Assembly (NCBI GenBank): GCA_963803805.1
Contig: CAWDOD010000002.1
Span: 384,001-448,000, forward strand
Direction: 5' to 3'
Origin: an uncultured cyanobacterium
GTDB lineage: Bacteria; Cyanobacteriota; Cyanobacteriia; Cyanobacteriales; CAWCAG01
Length of the DNA: 64,000 nt
Position 1 is the stretch's first letter, and every line of letters starts with the position of its first letter. Below, piece by piece: positions 63,166 to 64,000 of this stretch. The notes under the pieces were generated by a model. The model saw nothing but the letters and a program-made list of their open reading frames with translations. It was not told the origin of the DNA and did no database searches. A program made the translations under genes and the position numbers.

Positions 63166-63738
63166 CTATCTCATCATAGATGGTTCTTCACTTCCAACAT
63201 CATAGATACCCCATTCTTCAATACCCCTATTATTGAGGAGAATCATTTCTGCTCGTCTAATTTCATCACTGCTACCTTCGACAACAATAAGATAATCCCC
63301 CCTAGCAAAGCGATCGCTATATACTTTAGCGCGATCGCCAGGAATCCCTAAACCAGCTAAAGCGCCTACTATACCCCCGGAAATAGCACCAATGCCGCCA
63401 CCAGCTAGGGTAGAAGCTAGGGTAGAACCGATGGTTCCTGCTGTCACAACTGCCCCCACACCAGGAATAGCCACAGTGGCTACTCCTGCTAACAAGCCTC
63501 CTAACATACCTAAAGCTGTACCGGTGACAGAACCAATAGCTGCCCCTTCACCAGCTTCGTTGCCAGGGGCTTTATTCAAGTCTTTCCCTTCAATAGAGTC
63601 TTGTTTGTCAGCATCCTTAGCAATTATAGATACTTTATCCATAGGGAAGCCAGAAGTTTTCAGTTCATTGAGAGCGTATTCAACATCTTGCCTTCTTGAA
63701 AAGACACCGATGGCGCGTTGATAATAACCTAAAGCCAT
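63166..63738 (-). CDS. General stress protein with glycine-zipper membrane segment
   Basis: 'RAIGVFS...ALNELKTSGF..DKVSII', Gly/Ala-rich hairpin, 'LGIP.DRAKVY...RGDYL.VVEG'. Confidence 0.75.
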   Translation of the reverse strand: MALGYYQRAIGVFSRRQDVEYALNELKTSGFPMDKVSIIAKDADKQDSIEGKDLNKAPGNEAGEGAAIGSVTGTALGMLGGLLAGVATVAIPGVGAVVTAGTIGSTLASTLAGGGIGAISGGIVGALAGLGIPGDRAKVYSDRFARGDYLIVVEGSSDEIRRAEMILLNNRGIEEWGIYDVGSEEPSMMR

Positions 63739-64000
63739 AATTAATTTTAAATACTTTGTTTACATCGTTTCAATATTATGAAACCTCACCTTATTCCTCC
63801 TCATTCAGTAGAAGTAAGTTCTACTACTACTTTTTTAGGAAAAATGACTATAAGCTAAGTTAATAGCTATACAATTTGACATATTTTCACTTTCTAAACC
63901 AAGAGAATAAATAGAAAAATGATTACTTGGCTTCCAAAGTTTTCACAGGAATAATTTGAACTTGCAAATAAATAGACTCCTCTAACTCAGATTCTAAAAA

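Noticed and set aside
1-64000. tRNA, rRNA, integrase, transposase, reverse transcriptase or cas6 genes
   Set aside because: None recognised by eye; tRNAscan-SE, Infernal and HMM searches would be needed to exclude divergent ones.

Overview
Cyanobacterial chromosomal window, judged from frequent HIP1 octamers (GCGATCGC), heptamer tandem repeats, ftsH3 and chlM. 1-19 kb is mostly housekeeping and signalling: TpsB/ShlB, ftsH3, aroE, aspartate aminotransferase, ureC, plsC, PAS kinases and gluconokinase. 19.4-24.4 kb is an accessory three-gene operon (dynamin-like GTPase plus two uncharacterised membrane/coiled-coil proteins) bracketed by a 60-bp inverted repeat with one mismatch; it is a candidate undescribed defence or mobile cassette. 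24.5-31 kb holds chlM, an EAL response regulator, a PAS kinase and chrA. 31.4-38.9 kb is a glycan-modification cluster. 40.9-54.6 kb is a Cas6-less type III-B-variant CRISPR-Cas locus: array, divergent WYL regulator, CARF-HEPN effector, HD-less Cas10, cmr3, cmr4, cmr5, a Cmr6-Cmr1 fusion, an Excalibur-domain membrane protein, csx18, cas1, cas2 and a second array. It lies between two inverted copies of a 151-158-bp MITE. Eight single-base frameshifts fall between 40.3 and 61.4 kb, four of them in cas genes and several at GATC/GGCC motifs; these may be assembly errors rather than real decay. All family assignments are from motif recognition by eye, with no database search.
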